Source: Deltaproteobacteria bacterium
GTDB taxonomy: Bacteria > Desulfobacterota > Binatia > HRBIN30 > CADEER01
Length of the DNA stretch: 64,000 nt
Assembly: GCA_033764095.1 (NCBI GenBank)
Contig: JANRJF010000244.1
Span: forward strand, 9,545 to 73,544
Reading direction: 5' to 3'
The notes beneath the pieces were generated by a model. It was not told the origin of the DNA, searched no databases, and saw only the letters and a program-made list of their open reading frames with translations. The first letter of the stretch is position 1; each line of letters begins with the position of its first letter. A program made the position numbers and the translations under genes. Of this stretch, positions 17,630-31,887 are shown piece by piece.

Positions 17630-18178
17630 ATGGCGGCGACGGAACGATTGGTTCTGGACGCGCAAGGGGTCGAGCGCGCGCTGGCTCGCATCGCGCACGA
17701 GATCCTCGAGCGCAACAAGGGCGTCGACAACCTCGCGTTCATCGGCGTGCGCTCGCTCGGCGTCGAGATCGCGCAGCGCCTGGTCGACAAGACCGCCGCG
17801 ATCGAGGGGGTGCGACCGCCGAGCGGGATCATCGACATCACCCTCTACCGCGACGACCTGCACCGCTCCTTCCAGCAGCCGCGCGTCGAGGGCACCGACA
17901 TCCGCTTTCCGATCGACGAGCGCGCGCTGGTGCTGGTCGACGACGTGCTCTACACCGGGCGCACCGTCCGCGCCGCGCTCGATGCGCTGATGGACTTCGG
18001 CCGCCCGCGCAGCGTGCAGCTGGCCGTCCTGATCGACCGCGGCCATCGCGAGCTGCCCATCCGCGCCGACTACGTGGGCAAGAACCTGCCCACCGCGATG
18101 AACGAATCCGTGCAGGTACGGCTGAAAGAGCGGGACGGGCGCGACGAGGTCGTGCTGATCCGCTCGGAGGAGGGCTGA
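17630..18178 (+). CDS. pyrR: bifunctional pyr operon regulator / uracil phosphoribosyltransferase PyrR
   Basis: 182 aa. PRTase motif [12 protein letters not shown] and PyrR-family N-terminus. Confidence 0.9.
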   Translation: MAATERLVLDAQGVERALARIAHEILERNKGVDNLAFIGVRSLGVEIAQRLVDKTAAIEGVRPPSGIIDITLYRDDLHRSFQQPRVEGTDIRFPIDERALVLVDDVLYTGRTVRAALDALMDFGRPRSVQLAVLIDRGHRELPIRADYVGKNLPTAMNESVQVRLKERDGRDEVVLIRSEEG

Positions 18179-18180
18179 CG

Positions 18181-19164
18181 ATGTTCACCCACCGACATCT
18201 GCTGGGCCTCGAGGGACTGTCGCGCGAGGAGATCCTCTACCTCATCGACACCGCCGGCACGTTCAAGGAGATCTCCGACCGCGAGATCAAGAAGGTGCCG
18301 ACGCTGCGCGGCAAGACGGTGGTCGGCCTCTTCTACGAGGCCAGCACGCGCACCCGCACCTCGTTCGAGATCGCCGCCAAACGCCTGAGCGCCGACTACG
18401 TCAACATCAGCGCATCGACCAGCAGCAGCACCAAGGGGGAGACGCTGCTCGACACGGCGCGCAACATCGCCGCCATGCGGCCCGACGCGCTGGTCATGCG
18501 GCACGCCTCGGCCGGCGCCGCCCACTTCCTCGCCCAGCGCATCGAATGTCCGGTGATCAACGCCGGTGACGGCGCGCACGAGCATCCCACCCAGGCGCTG
18601 CTCGACCTGCTCACCATCCGCGACAAGATCGGCCGGCTGGAGGACCTCACCGTCGCGATCGTCGGCGACATCCTGCACAGCCGGGTGACGCGCTCGAACA
18701 TCCATGCGCTGCGCGCGCTCGGCAATCGCGTTCGCCTGATCGGTCCGCCGACCCTGCTGCCGTCCGAGGCCGCGGCCTGGGGCGAGGTGCACCACGACCT
18801 GCGCACCGGGCTGCGCGACGTCGACGTGGTGATGATGCTGCGCCTGCAGCGCGAGCGGCAGGGGCGCAACTACCTGCCCAGCCTCGACGAGTACTCGCGC
18901 TACTTCTGCCTCAACCGCGCCGCGCTCGACTGCGCCCGACCGGAGGCGGTGGTGATGCACCCCGGCCCGATCAACCGCGGCGTCGAGATCGCCAGCGACG
19001 TCGCCGACGGCGCCGCCTCGCTGATCATGCAGCAGGTGACCAACGGCGTCGCGGTGCGCATGGCGGTGCTCTTCCTGCTCGTCAACCGCGTGCGCGCGGC
19101 CGGGCTCGACCTCACCCAGCCAGAACAACAGGCGGCGCCGGAGCGGCGGCGCAAGGCGAGCTGA
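18181..19164 (+). CDS. pyrB: aspartate carbamoyltransferase catalytic subunit
   Basis: STRTR and HPTQ motifs; full-length ATCase similarity. Confidence 0.9.
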   Translation: MFTHRHLLGLEGLSREEILYLIDTAGTFKEISDREIKKVPTLRGKTVVGLFYEASTRTRTSFEIAAKRLSADYVNISASTSSSTKGETLLDTARNIAAMRPDALVMRHASAGAAHFLAQRIECPVINAGDGAHEHPTQALLDLLTIRDKIGRLEDLTVAIVGDILHSRVTRSNIHALRALGNRVRLIGPPTLLPSEAAAWGEVHHDLRTGLRDVDVVMMLRLQRERQGRNYLPSLDEYSRYFCLNRAALDCARPEAVVMHPGPINRGVEIASDVADGAASLIMQQVTNGVAVRMAVLFLLVNRVRAAGLDLTQPEQQAAPERRRKAS

Positions 19165-20479
19165 TGGCGTCGATCTTGATCACCGGTGGCACGGTCATCG
19201 ACCCGGCCAACGACCGGCACGGCGCGTTCGACCTGCTGATCGAGCACGGCCGCATCGCGCGCCTGGCCAACCCGGGCGACATTGGCGAGGCCGACGAGGT
19301 CGTCGACGCCAGCGACTGCTGGGTGGTGCCCGGCCTGATCGACATGCACGTGCACCTGCGCGAGCCGGGCTACGAGTACAAGGAGACGGTGCAGACCGGC
19401 ACGCAGGCCGCGGTGGCCGGTGGCTTCACCGCCGTCGCCTGCATGGCCAACACCAATCCGGTCAACGACACCGGCGCGGTGACCAAGTACATCGTCGAGA
19501 AGGCGGTCGCCGCCAACCTGGCGCGCGTCTATCCGATCGGCGCGCTGTCGGTCGGCCTCAAGGGCGAGCGCCTCGCCGAGATCGGCGAGATGCGCGAGGC
19601 GGGCATCGTCGCGGTATCGGACGACGGCCGGCCGGTGATGGACAGCGCGCTGATGCGACACGCGTTGGAGTACAGCGCCATGTTCGACCTGGCGGTGATC
19701 GCGCACGAGGAGGACCTGGCGCTGGCCGGCGAGGGCTGCATGAACGAGGGGCCGACCGCGTTCCGCCTCGGGCTCAAGGGCATGCCGTCGGCGGCCGAGG
19801 AGGCGATGGTGGCGCGCGACATCGCGCTGCTCGAGCGCACCGGCGGCCGCCTGCACATCGCCCACGCCAGCACCGCCGGTACGGTGGATCTGGTGCGCCG
19901 CGCCAAGGCGCGTGGCCTGGCGGTGACCGCCGAGGCGACGCCGCATCACTTCAGCCTCACCGAGGAGGCGGTGGGCGATTACGACACCAACGCCAAGATG
20001 GCGCCGCCGTTGCGCCTGGCAAGCGACGTCGCGGCCATCGTCGCGGGATTGAAGGACGGCACCATCGACGCCATCGCCACCGATCACGCGCCGCACCATC
20101 ACGACGAGAAGAACGTCGAGTTCGACTGCGCCGCCAAGGGCATCGTCGGCCTGGAGACGGCCCTGCCGCTGTGTCTGGCGCTGGTGCGCGAGCACGGCCT
20201 GGCGGTGGAGACGCTGGTGCGGGCGATGAGCACCAACCCCGCCCGCATCCTCGGTGTCGCGGGCGGCAGCCTCGCCGACGGCGCCGTGGCCGACGTCACC
20301 GTCATCGACCCCGACGCCACCTGGCAGGTGGAGGCCGACCGCTTCCAGTCCAAGTCGCGCAACACGCCCTTCGGCGGCTGGACGATGACCGGCCAGGCGC
20401 GCGCCACCATCGTCGGTGGCGTGGTGAAGTGGCGCATCTTGGAACCCGCCAGCGGGCGGAGAAAGCGCAGCGCAACACG

Positions 20480-20483
<4 letters not shown>
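19164..20483 (+). CDS. pyrC: dihydroorotase (multifunctional-complex type)
   Basis: [10 protein letters not shown] and a DHAPH-type metal ligand. The start overlaps the pyrB stop. Confidence 0.85.
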
Positions 20484-21598
<1,115 letters not shown>

Positions 21599-21602
21599 AC
21601 CG

Positions 21603-24800
<3,198 letters not shown>

Positions 24801-24867
24801 GGCGCGCCCGGCGAATTGCTGCCGCGCAAGCGGGCATCTATGGTCCGCCACATCGCCGGATTGCGAC

Positions 24868-27354
24868 GTGAGCGGAGCCCCCGATACGGCGCCTTGTGGC
24901 GCTGACGCGCTGAGCGAGTTCCTCGCCGCGCTGCGCCGTCCGCTCGACTATCTGAGCAGCGGCGGTGCGGCAGCGGCGCGCACGCAGATCGCGGGTCGTC
25001 AGCTTGCCGCCCGCGGGCGCGAGCTGATCGACCGGCTCGACGGGCCGCGCGGCGCCGCAGTCGAGGCACTCTGCCGGGAGCTCGAGCGCCTCGAAGCCGC
25101 GGCGACGGCGGCCGAGCGCGTCACGCGCGCGGCCGCATGCCGCGGGCTGGCCGAGGCGCTGGCGGGGCAGGCGACGGGCCCGGCCGAGCCGCCGCCCAGT
25201 TACGTCGCGACGACTCCCGAGTCGCTGGCCGCGGCGCTCGCCGAGCTCGGCCGGCCGGTGCAGTTCGCGCGCGACGTTGGACCGGCGCGCGCCCCGCACC
25301 TGCGCAAGTTCGGCATCGAGACGATCGAGGACCTCCTTTACCACCTGCCGTTCCGCTACGAGGATCGCCGCCAGATGTGCGACATCGCCAGCGCGCCGGT
25401 CGGCGAGGAGGTCGGCATCGTCGGCGAGCTGGCGCACCTGTCGGAGCGCAGCGTCGGGCGCGGCGGCCGCCGGCGCATCCTCGAGGGCGTCCTGCGCGAT
25501 GCGTCCGGGCTGCTCGGCCTCACCTGGTACAACGGCGTCAAGTACTTCGCGACGCGCTTCAAGCACGCCGAGCGCGTGCTGGTGTACGGCAAGATCGAGC
25601 GCTCGCCCGGCGGCGGCAAGCGCATCGTGCACCCCGACGTCGAGCTGCAGCCGGACGAGGCGATCGGCGCCGGCATCCTGCCCATCTACCAGAAGCCGAC
25701 GAGCATGACCGTCGGCACCATCCGCAAGATCGTCCAGCAGGCGGCGGCGAAGTTCGCGCCGCTGGTGCCGGCGGTGCTGCCGCCGGCGGTGGTCGGCCGC
25801 GCCGGCGTCGGCGATCCGGGGACGGCCCTGGCCGCGCTGCACGCGCCGCCGCCCGACGCCGACGTCGCCCGCCTGAATCACTTCGCCACCGCCGCGCACC
25901 GCGCGCTGGTGTTCGACGAGCTGTTCTTCCTGCAGCTCGGGCTCGGGCTGAAGCGCCGCCAGGCGCTGCGCGAGCAGGGGCTGGCGCTGCCGCGCAGCGG
26001 CGCGCTGACCGAGCGCCTGGCCGCGGCCCTGCCGTTCGCACTCACCGGGGCGCAGCAGCGGGTGATCGAGCAGGTGTACGCGGACATGGCGCGGCCGCAT
26101 CCGATGCACCGCCTGGTGCAGGGCGACGTCGGCAGCGGCAAGACCATGGTGGCGCTGTTCGCCGCGCTGGTGGCGATCGAGAACGGTTGGCAGGCGGCCT
26201 TCATGGCGCCCACCGAGCTGCTCGCCGAGCAGCACCACGCGACGCTGGCGCGTTTCGCGGCGCCGCTCGGCGTGCGCAGCGCGCTGCTCACCGCCGACGC
26301 GCTGCGCGCCGCCGGCAAGAAGAAGGTCTACGCGGCGCTGGAGAGCGGTGAGATCCAGCTGGCGGTCGGCACGCACGCGCTCATCCAGGCCGGCGTGTCG
26401 ATGCCGCGTCTGGCCCTCGGGGTGATCGACGAGCAGCACCGCTTCGGTGTCCTGCAGCGCGCCGCGCTGGCCAAACTGCGTGGCGACGGCGGGCCGGCGC
26501 CCGACATCCTGCTGATGACCGCGACACCGATCCCGCGCACCCTGGCGATGACGGTCTATGGCGACCTCGACGTCTCGCTGCTCGACGAGCTGCCGCCGGG
26601 ACGCAAGCCGGTGCGCACCGCGGTGGTGTTCGAGTCGCGCCGCAAGGAGGTCTACGAGCGCGTCAAGGCGCAGCTCGCGCTCGGCCGGCAGGCGTACATC
26701 GTCTACCCGCTGGTCGAGGCGTCGGAGAAGGAGGATCTGCGCGACGCGACCAGCAATGCGCGCGAGCTCGGTGCGACGGTGTTCGCCGGCCTGCGCGTCG
26801 GCCTGCTGCACGGCCGCATGAAGGCCGACGAGAAGGACGCGGTGATGCGCGCCTTCCGCAACGGCGACCTGCAGGTGCTGTTCAGCACGACGGTGATCGA
26901 GGTCGGCGTCGACGTGCCGAACGCCACCATCATGGTGGTCGAGCACGCCGAGCGCTTCGGCCTCTCGCAACTGCACCAGCTGCGCGGCCGGGTCGGGCGC
27001 GGCAGCGAGGAGGCGAGCTGCATCCTGGTGGCGCGCTACCTCGGCGACCAGGAGTCGGATACCTACAAGCGCCTGATCACCGCCATGCGCGGCACCACCG
27101 ACGGCTTCAAGATCGCCGAGATCGACCTCGAGCTGCGCGGCCCGGGCGACTTCCTCGGCACCCGCCAGCACGGGCTGCCGGACTTCCGCGTCGCCAGTTT
27201 GATCCGCGACACCCGCACGCTGGCCGAGGCGCGCGAGGCGGCCGAGCAGTGGCTGACGCTCGACCCGCACCTGCGCTCCCCCGAGTCACAACCCCTGCGC
27301 CAGGTCCTCGAACACCGCTGGAAAGGCCGCCTCGGCCTCGCCGAGATCGGTTGA
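24868..27354 (+). CDS. recG: ATP-dependent DNA helicase RecG
   Basis: GTG start. Helicase motifs GDVGSGKT and DEQHRFG; wedge domain and C-terminal TRG-like region. Confidence 0.9.
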   Translation: MSGAPDTAPCGADALSEFLAALRRPLDYLSSGGAAAARTQIAGRQLAARGRELIDRLDGPRGAAVEALCRELERLEAAATAAERVTRAAACRGLAEALAGQATGPAEPPPSYVATTPESLAAALAELGRPVQFARDVGPARAPHLRKFGIETIEDLLYHLPFRYEDRRQMCDIASAPVGEEVGIVGELAHLSERSVGRGGRRRILEGVLRDASGLLGLTWYNGVKYFATRFKHAERVLVYGKIERSPGGGKRIVHPDVELQPDEAIGAGILPIYQKPTSMTVGTIRKIVQQAAAKFAPLVPAVLPPAVVGRAGVGDPGTALAALHAPPPDADVARLNHFATAAHRALVFDELFFLQLGLGLKRRQALREQGLALPRSGALTERLAAALPFALTGAQQRVIEQVYADMARPHPMHRLVQGDVGSGKTMVALFAALVAIENGWQAAFMAPTELLAEQHHATLARFAAPLGVRSALLTADALRAAGKKKVYAALESGEIQLAVGTHALIQAGVSMPRLALGVIDEQHRFGVLQRAALAKLRGDGGPAPDILLMTATPIPRTLAMTVYGDLDVSLLDELPPGRKPVRTAVVFESRRKEVYERVKAQLALGRQAYIVYPLVEASEKEDLRDATSNARELGATVFAGLRVGLLHGRMKADEKDAVMRAFRNGDLQVLFSTTVIEVGVDVPNATIMVVEHAERFGLSQLHQLRGRVGRGSEEASCILVARYLGDQESDTYKRLITAMRGTTDGFKIAEIDLELRGPGDFLGTRQHGLPDFRVASLIRDTRTLAEAREAAEQWLTLDPHLRSPESQPLRQVLEHRWKGRLGLAEIG

Positions 27355-27362
27355 GACGACCT

Positions 27363-27388
27363 CCTTCCCCGGCGCCGCGCGGGGAAGG
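27363..27388 (+). terminator. GC-rich hairpin after recG (CCTTCCCCG-N8-CGGGGAAGG), no U-tract
   Basis: 9-bp stem read directly, preceded by the anti-SD-like ACCTCCTT. An almost identical element follows the methyltransferase gene at 33264..33287. Confidence 0.4.
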
Positions 27389-27494
27389 CCTTCTTCCGAG
27401 AACTTTCCGCTCCCCTTCCGGACTTGGCGGTGCCCCCGCCGGCATAGACGCTCAGACGACTATTGACGGGGGCGCCGCGTTGGCTTCCGCCCAA

Positions 27495-28961
27495 ATGAAG
27501 GAGAAGACGGTGAGGACACGGACATCACGAGCGTTCTGGACAGCCCCGCTGATCGCCGGGTTGGTCGCATTCGCGTTGGCGGGACCGGCGCGCGGGTTCG
27601 ATGAGCTGCGCGGCTGGATCGAGGAGGACCTGGTCGAGGATGCGGCGGTCGACGCCTACGTCTACGCCTATCCCCTCATCACCATGGAGTACACGCGGCG
27701 GGTATCGACCAACGTCGCTGCGCCGGAGGCCACGCACGCGCCGATGGGGCAGTTCGTGCGCATGCGCGAATACCCGACCGCGGCGTTCCGCGACGTGACG
27801 GCGCCGAACGCCGACACGCTCTACACCGTCGCCTGGCTCGACGTCAGCAAGGAGCCGTGGATCGTCAGCATCCCCGACATGAAGGGGCGCTACTTCCTGT
27901 TGCCGATGCTCGACGCCTGGACGAACGTCTTCCAGGTTCCGGGCAAGCGCACCACCGGCACCGGCCCGCAGAAGTACGCGATCACGCCGCCGGGCTGGCA
28001 CGGCACGCTGCCGGCCGGGGTGAAGGCGTACGAGTCGCCCACCGCGATGGTGTGGATCCTCGGCCGCATCTACTGCACCGGCACGCCGGAGGACTACAAA
28101 GCCGTGCACGCCCTGCAGGACCAGTTCTCGCTGGTGCCGCTCAGCGCCTACGGCAAGCCGTACACGCCGCCGGCGGGAACGGTCGATCCGAATATCGACG
28201 GGAAGACCGCGGTGCGCGATCAGGTCGACGGCCTGAGCGGCACCGCCTATTTCACCCTGCTGGCGCAACTGCTGAAGACCAATCCACCCGCCGCCGCCGA
28301 CGCGCCGATGGTCGCCAAGCTGAAGCGACTCGGCATCGTCCCCGGCCAGGACTTCGACCCGACCTCGCTCGACGAGGCGACGCGCAAGGCGATCGACGCC
28401 ACTCCGCAGCCGGGCCAGAAGAAAGTCATGTCCTGGCTCAAAGAGGGCCTGCTCACCGGCGACATGAAGATGGAGGAGGGCTGGCTGCTCACCACGCACA
28501 CCGGCCTCTACGGCACCAACTACCGGCAGCGCGCCCTCGTCACCGCCATCGGGCTGGGCGCCAACCGGCCGGAGGACGCGATCTACCCGATGTCGCAGGG
28601 CCAGGACATCCTGCAGAAGTACGACGGCACCAAGCGCTACGTCATGCACTTCGAGAAGGGCAAGCTGCCGCCGGTGAATGGGTTCTGGTCGCTGACCATG
28701 TACGATGCCGACTTCTTCTTCGTCGCCAACCCGCTGAACCGCTACACGCTGAGCCAGCGCAACGCGCTGAAGGCGAACACGGACGGCTCGGTCGATCTCT
28801 ACATCCAGCACGACTCGCCGGGACCCGACCGCGAGTCGAACTGGCTGCCCGCACCGGCCGCTCCCTTCGTCCTGATGCTGCGCATGTACTGGCCAAAGGA
28901 CCAGCCGCCGTCGATTCTGGATGGAACGTGGCGAGTTCCCCGGGTACATGAGGCGTCCTGA
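27495..28961 (+). CDS. DUF1254/DUF1214 domain secreted protein
   Basis: 488 aa with signal peptide. Overall architecture remembered as DUF1254 (N) + DUF1214 (C). Confidence 0.7.
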   Translation: MKEKTVRTRTSRAFWTAPLIAGLVAFALAGPARGFDELRGWIEEDLVEDAAVDAYVYAYPLITMEYTRRVSTNVAAPEATHAPMGQFVRMREYPTAAFRDVTAPNADTLYTVAWLDVSKEPWIVSIPDMKGRYFLLPMLDAWTNVFQVPGKRTTGTGPQKYAITPPGWHGTLPAGVKAYESPTAMVWILGRIYCTGTPEDYKAVHALQDQFSLVPLSAYGKPYTPPAGTVDPNIDGKTAVRDQVDGLSGTAYFTLLAQLLKTNPPAAADAPMVAKLKRLGIVPGQDFDPTSLDEATRKAIDATPQPGQKKVMSWLKEGLLTGDMKMEEGWLLTTHTGLYGTNYRQRALVTAIGLGANRPEDAIYPMSQGQDILQKYDGTKRYVMHFEKGKLPPVNGFWSLTMYDADFFFVANPLNRYTLSQRNALKANTDGSVDLYIQHDSPGPDRESNWLPAPAAPFVLMLRMYWPKDQPPSILDGTWRVPRVHEAS

Positions 28962-29010
28962 GGTGTGACGCCGGCGGGCGCGGATGCGGCGCGGCGAGGG
29001 GAGGACGGTC

Positions 29011-31545
29011 ATGGGTAAGCACAGCGATCAACTCACGATGCGGCGGCGCGGGCTCTCGCGCCGCCTGCTGGCAGTGCTCGCCGCCGGTCTGCTCGGCGCG
29101 CTGCCGGGCTGTGCGGCGCGCGGCGCCAGCGACGGCGGTGGTCAGGCGTCCGCCGGCGGTGGCGCCGGCGCACCGCCGGCGAGCGTCGACCCATGGCCGC
29201 GGCAGCTGCAGCTGTCGGACGCAACCGCGCTGGTCTACTCGCCGCAGGTGGAGAGCTGGCAGGGCAACCAGCTCGCCTTCCGCTCGGCCGTGGCGATCAC
29301 CCCGAGCGGCTCCAGCGACAAGACCTACGGGGTCGTCTGGGCGACGGCGCGCACCGAGGTCGATCGCATGTCGCGCCGCGTCAGCCTGGAGAACCTCACC
29401 CTGACGCGCAGCAAGTTCCCCACCCTCGCCGACAACGGCGCGCACTACCTGTCGGAGCTGCAGGGCCAGTTGCCGAGCGCCGCGCAGACCATCGCGCTCG
29501 ACCGCTTGCAGGCGTCGCTGGCGGCATCGGGCACCGTGCACACCAAGGGCGTGGCGGTGCAGAACACGCCGCCGCGCATCCTGGTCAGCTACACGCCGGC
29601 GGTGCTGGTGCCGATCGACGGCCAGGCGGTGCTGCGGCCGGTGCCCGGCACCAACCTGCAGCGCGTGATCAACACCCGCGCGCTGATCGTGCGCGCGGGC
29701 TCGACCTATTACCTGCACGTCTACGACGGCTGGCTGCAGGCGAGCGCCGTCGACGGACCCTGGAGCCAGGCGAGCAGCACGCCCGCCGCGCTGCCGAACC
29801 TGGCGCAGACGCTCAGCGCCAGCGGCACGGTGGATCTCCTGAGCGGTGCCAACGCGCAGCCGCCGCCGTCGCTCGCCAACGGCGTGCCGGCGATCTACAT
29901 CGCCCACCAGCCCTCCGAGCTGCTGGTGTTCAAAGGCCAGCCCAACCTGCAGCCGGTCGGCAACACCGGCCTGCTGTGGGCGTCGAACACCACCTCCGAC
30001 GTCATCGTCGACACCGCCACCAGCAACTACTACGTGCTGCTCTCCGGCCGCTGGTATGAGGCGCAGGGGCTGAGCGGGCCCTGGACCTACGTGCCGAGCA
30101 ACGGCCTGCCGGCGGCGTTCGCCAGGATCCCCCCCAGCTCGCCGGCCGGCGTCGTGCTCGCCGCGGTCGCCGGCACGCCGCAGGCCAAGGAAGCGGTGAT
30201 CGAGAACTCGATTCCGCAGACCGCCACCATCCCGCGCAGCGGCGGTCCGAGCTTCACCAGCAACATCGCCGGCGCGCCGCAGTTGAAGCCGATCGCCGGC
30301 ACGCCGCTGCAGTACGTCTACAACTCGGCGACGCCGATCATCCGCGTCGACGCCAAGACCTGGTACGCGCTGTACGGCGGCGTCTGGTACGAGGGCACCT
30401 CGGCGCAGGGACCGTGGGTGGTCGCCGCCACCGTGCCCGAGGTCATCTACACCATCCCGCCGAGCTCGGCGCTGTACTACGTCACCTACGCGCGCGTGTA
30501 CGGCTACACCGACGAGGTGGTCTACGTCGGCTACACGCCGGGCTACATGGGCACCGTGGTGACGCCGGACGGCACCGTCGTCTACGGCACCGGCTACGTC
30601 TACCCGGCCTACGTCGGCGACGTGTGGGTCGAGCCGCCGGTGACCTACGGCATCGAGGCGCAGCCGGTGTACAACCCGGCGGTCGGCTACGCCTACGGCT
30701 TCGGCATGGGCCTGGCGACCGCGGCGGTGGTCGACAGCTGGGACTCGCCCGCCTACTACGACACCGTCTACCACGGCTATCCGTGCTGCGGGTCGGTGAG
30801 CGCCAACACCTACGGACACTACGGCGACGTCAGCACCTCGGGCACCCGCACCTGGTACAACAACAACAATGCCACCGGCACCAACGCGAGCGGCTCGTAC
30901 ACCAACCACGCCACCGGCACGACCGGCCGCTACACGGCGTCGGAAAGCTACGACTACGACAGCCACCTGGCGAAGGAGAGCTACAGCCGCACCGCCAACA
31001 CCACCGCCGGCGGCTCGGGCAGCGTCTCGCGCAGCGAGACCTACAACACCGAGACCTGCGAGCGGACCTACGACTCGCAAGCTTCGGCGACCGGCGCCGG
31101 CGGCAGCAGCGCGACGCGCGACACCGAGGCCGCCGGCTACGGCGGCAAGGATTCGGCGTCGGCGTCGCAGACGACGGTCGACAACGCCAAGACCGGAACG
31201 ACCAACACGTACGACACGGCGCGCGTCGGCGACAATCACTACGCCGACGTCAACGGCAACGTGTACAAGAACACCGGCAACGGCTGGCAGCAGGCCGGCG
31301 CGGACGGGTGGAAGTCGGCGAGCGGCGACAATTCGTGGGCCGACCGCGAGCAGCAGGCGCGCAATGCCGGCGGCAGTCGCTTCGGCGCCTTCCAGAGCGG
31401 CGGCTTCGCCAATCGCTTCGGCGACGATGCCGGCCGCTTCGGCGGTGGCGGTGGGTTCGGCGGCGGCGGCGACCGCTTCGAGGGCTTCGGCGGCGGCCGC
31501 TTCGCCGGCGGCGGCGGTCACTTCGGCGGCGGCCGCTTCCGCTGA
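29011..31545 (+). CDS. large lipoprotein with Tyr/Gly-rich middle and RGG/FGG glycine-rich C-terminal tail
   Basis: RBS GGGGAGGACGG then ATG. Lipobox LLGALPGC. C-terminus GGSRFGAFQSGGFANRFGDDAGRFGGGGGFGGGGDRFEGFGGGRFAGGGGHFGGGRF. No domain recognised. Confidence 0.7.
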   Translation: MGKHSDQLTMRRRGLSRRLLAVLAAGLLGALPGCAARGASDGGGQASAGGGAGAPPASVDPWPRQLQLSDATALVYSPQVESWQGNQLAFRSAVAITPSGSSDKTYGVVWATARTEVDRMSRRVSLENLTLTRSKFPTLADNGAHYLSELQGQLPSAAQTIALDRLQASLAASGTVHTKGVAVQNTPPRILVSYTPAVLVPIDGQAVLRPVPGTNLQRVINTRALIVRAGSTYYLHVYDGWLQASAVDGPWSQASSTPAALPNLAQTLSASGTVDLLSGANAQPPPSLANGVPAIYIAHQPSELLVFKGQPNLQPVGNTGLLWASNTTSDVIVDTATSNYYVLLSGRWYEAQGLSGPWTYVPSNGLPAAFARIPPSSPAGVVLAAVAGTPQAKEAVIENSIPQTATIPRSGGPSFTSNIAGAPQLKPIAGTPLQYVYNSATPIIRVDAKTWYALYGGVWYEGTSAQGPWVVAATVPEVIYTIPPSSALYYVTYARVYGYTDEVVYVGYTPGYMGTVVTPDGTVVYGTGYVYPAYVGDVWVEPPVTYGIEAQPVYNPAVGYAYGFGMGLATAAVVDSWDSPAYYDTVYHGYPCCGSVSANTYGHYGDVSTSGTRTWYNNNNATGTNASGSYTNHATGTTGRYTASESYDYDSHLAKESYSRTANTTAGGSGSVSRSETYNTETCERTYDSQASATGAGGSSATRDTEAAGYGGKDSASASQTTVDNAKTGTTNTYDTARVGDNHYADVNGNVYKNTGNGWQQAGADGWKSASGDNSWADREQQARNAGGSRFGAFQSGGFANRFGDDAGRFGGGGGFGGGGDRFEGFGGGRFAGGGGHFGGGRFR

Positions 31546-31641
31546 GCCGTTCGCTGATCGCGGCGGCGCGGGCGCCTGCCCGTCGCCGTCGCGCTGGCGC
31601 GTCGCATTGACTCGCCCCGGCGGCTGCGCCTATCGCCACAG

Positions 31642-31887
31642 GTGATGGCGGGTTCGCCACGAGTGCTGCGGCCGCGAAGCGCGGCGGTTCTGGCGATGAT
31701 CGGCGTGCTGGGGGTGCCCTCGACTGCATTCGCCTACGTCGACCCGAGCGCCGGCAGCATCCTGCTGCAGCTGCTGCTGGGCGGCGTCGCCGGGGTGTTG
31801 GTGGCGCTGAAGTTGTGGTGGAAGCGCCTGAGCAGCTGGCGCAGCCGGCGCGTGGCCAAGACGCCGCCGCCGAGCCCGTCGCGGTGA
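31642..31887 (+). CDS. small membrane protein (signal/TM), translationally coupled to downstream gene
   Basis: 81-aa ORF with IGVLGVPSTAFA and LLQLLLGGVAGVLVALKLWW. Its stop overlaps the GTG of the next gene (GTGA 31884-31887). True start uncertain. Confidence 0.35.
   Translation: MMAGSPRVLRPRSAAVLAMIGVLGVPSTAFAYVDPSAGSILLQLLLGGVAGVLVALKLWWKRLSSWRSRRVAKTPPPSPSR

Noticed and set aside
27399-27440. Reading TGGCGGTGCCCCCGCC as a sigma-54 -24/-12 promoter
   Set aside because: GG…GC spacing fits, but the -12 TTGC(A/T) element is replaced by CCGC and the region is not next to an obvious EBP-regulated gene. Too weak.
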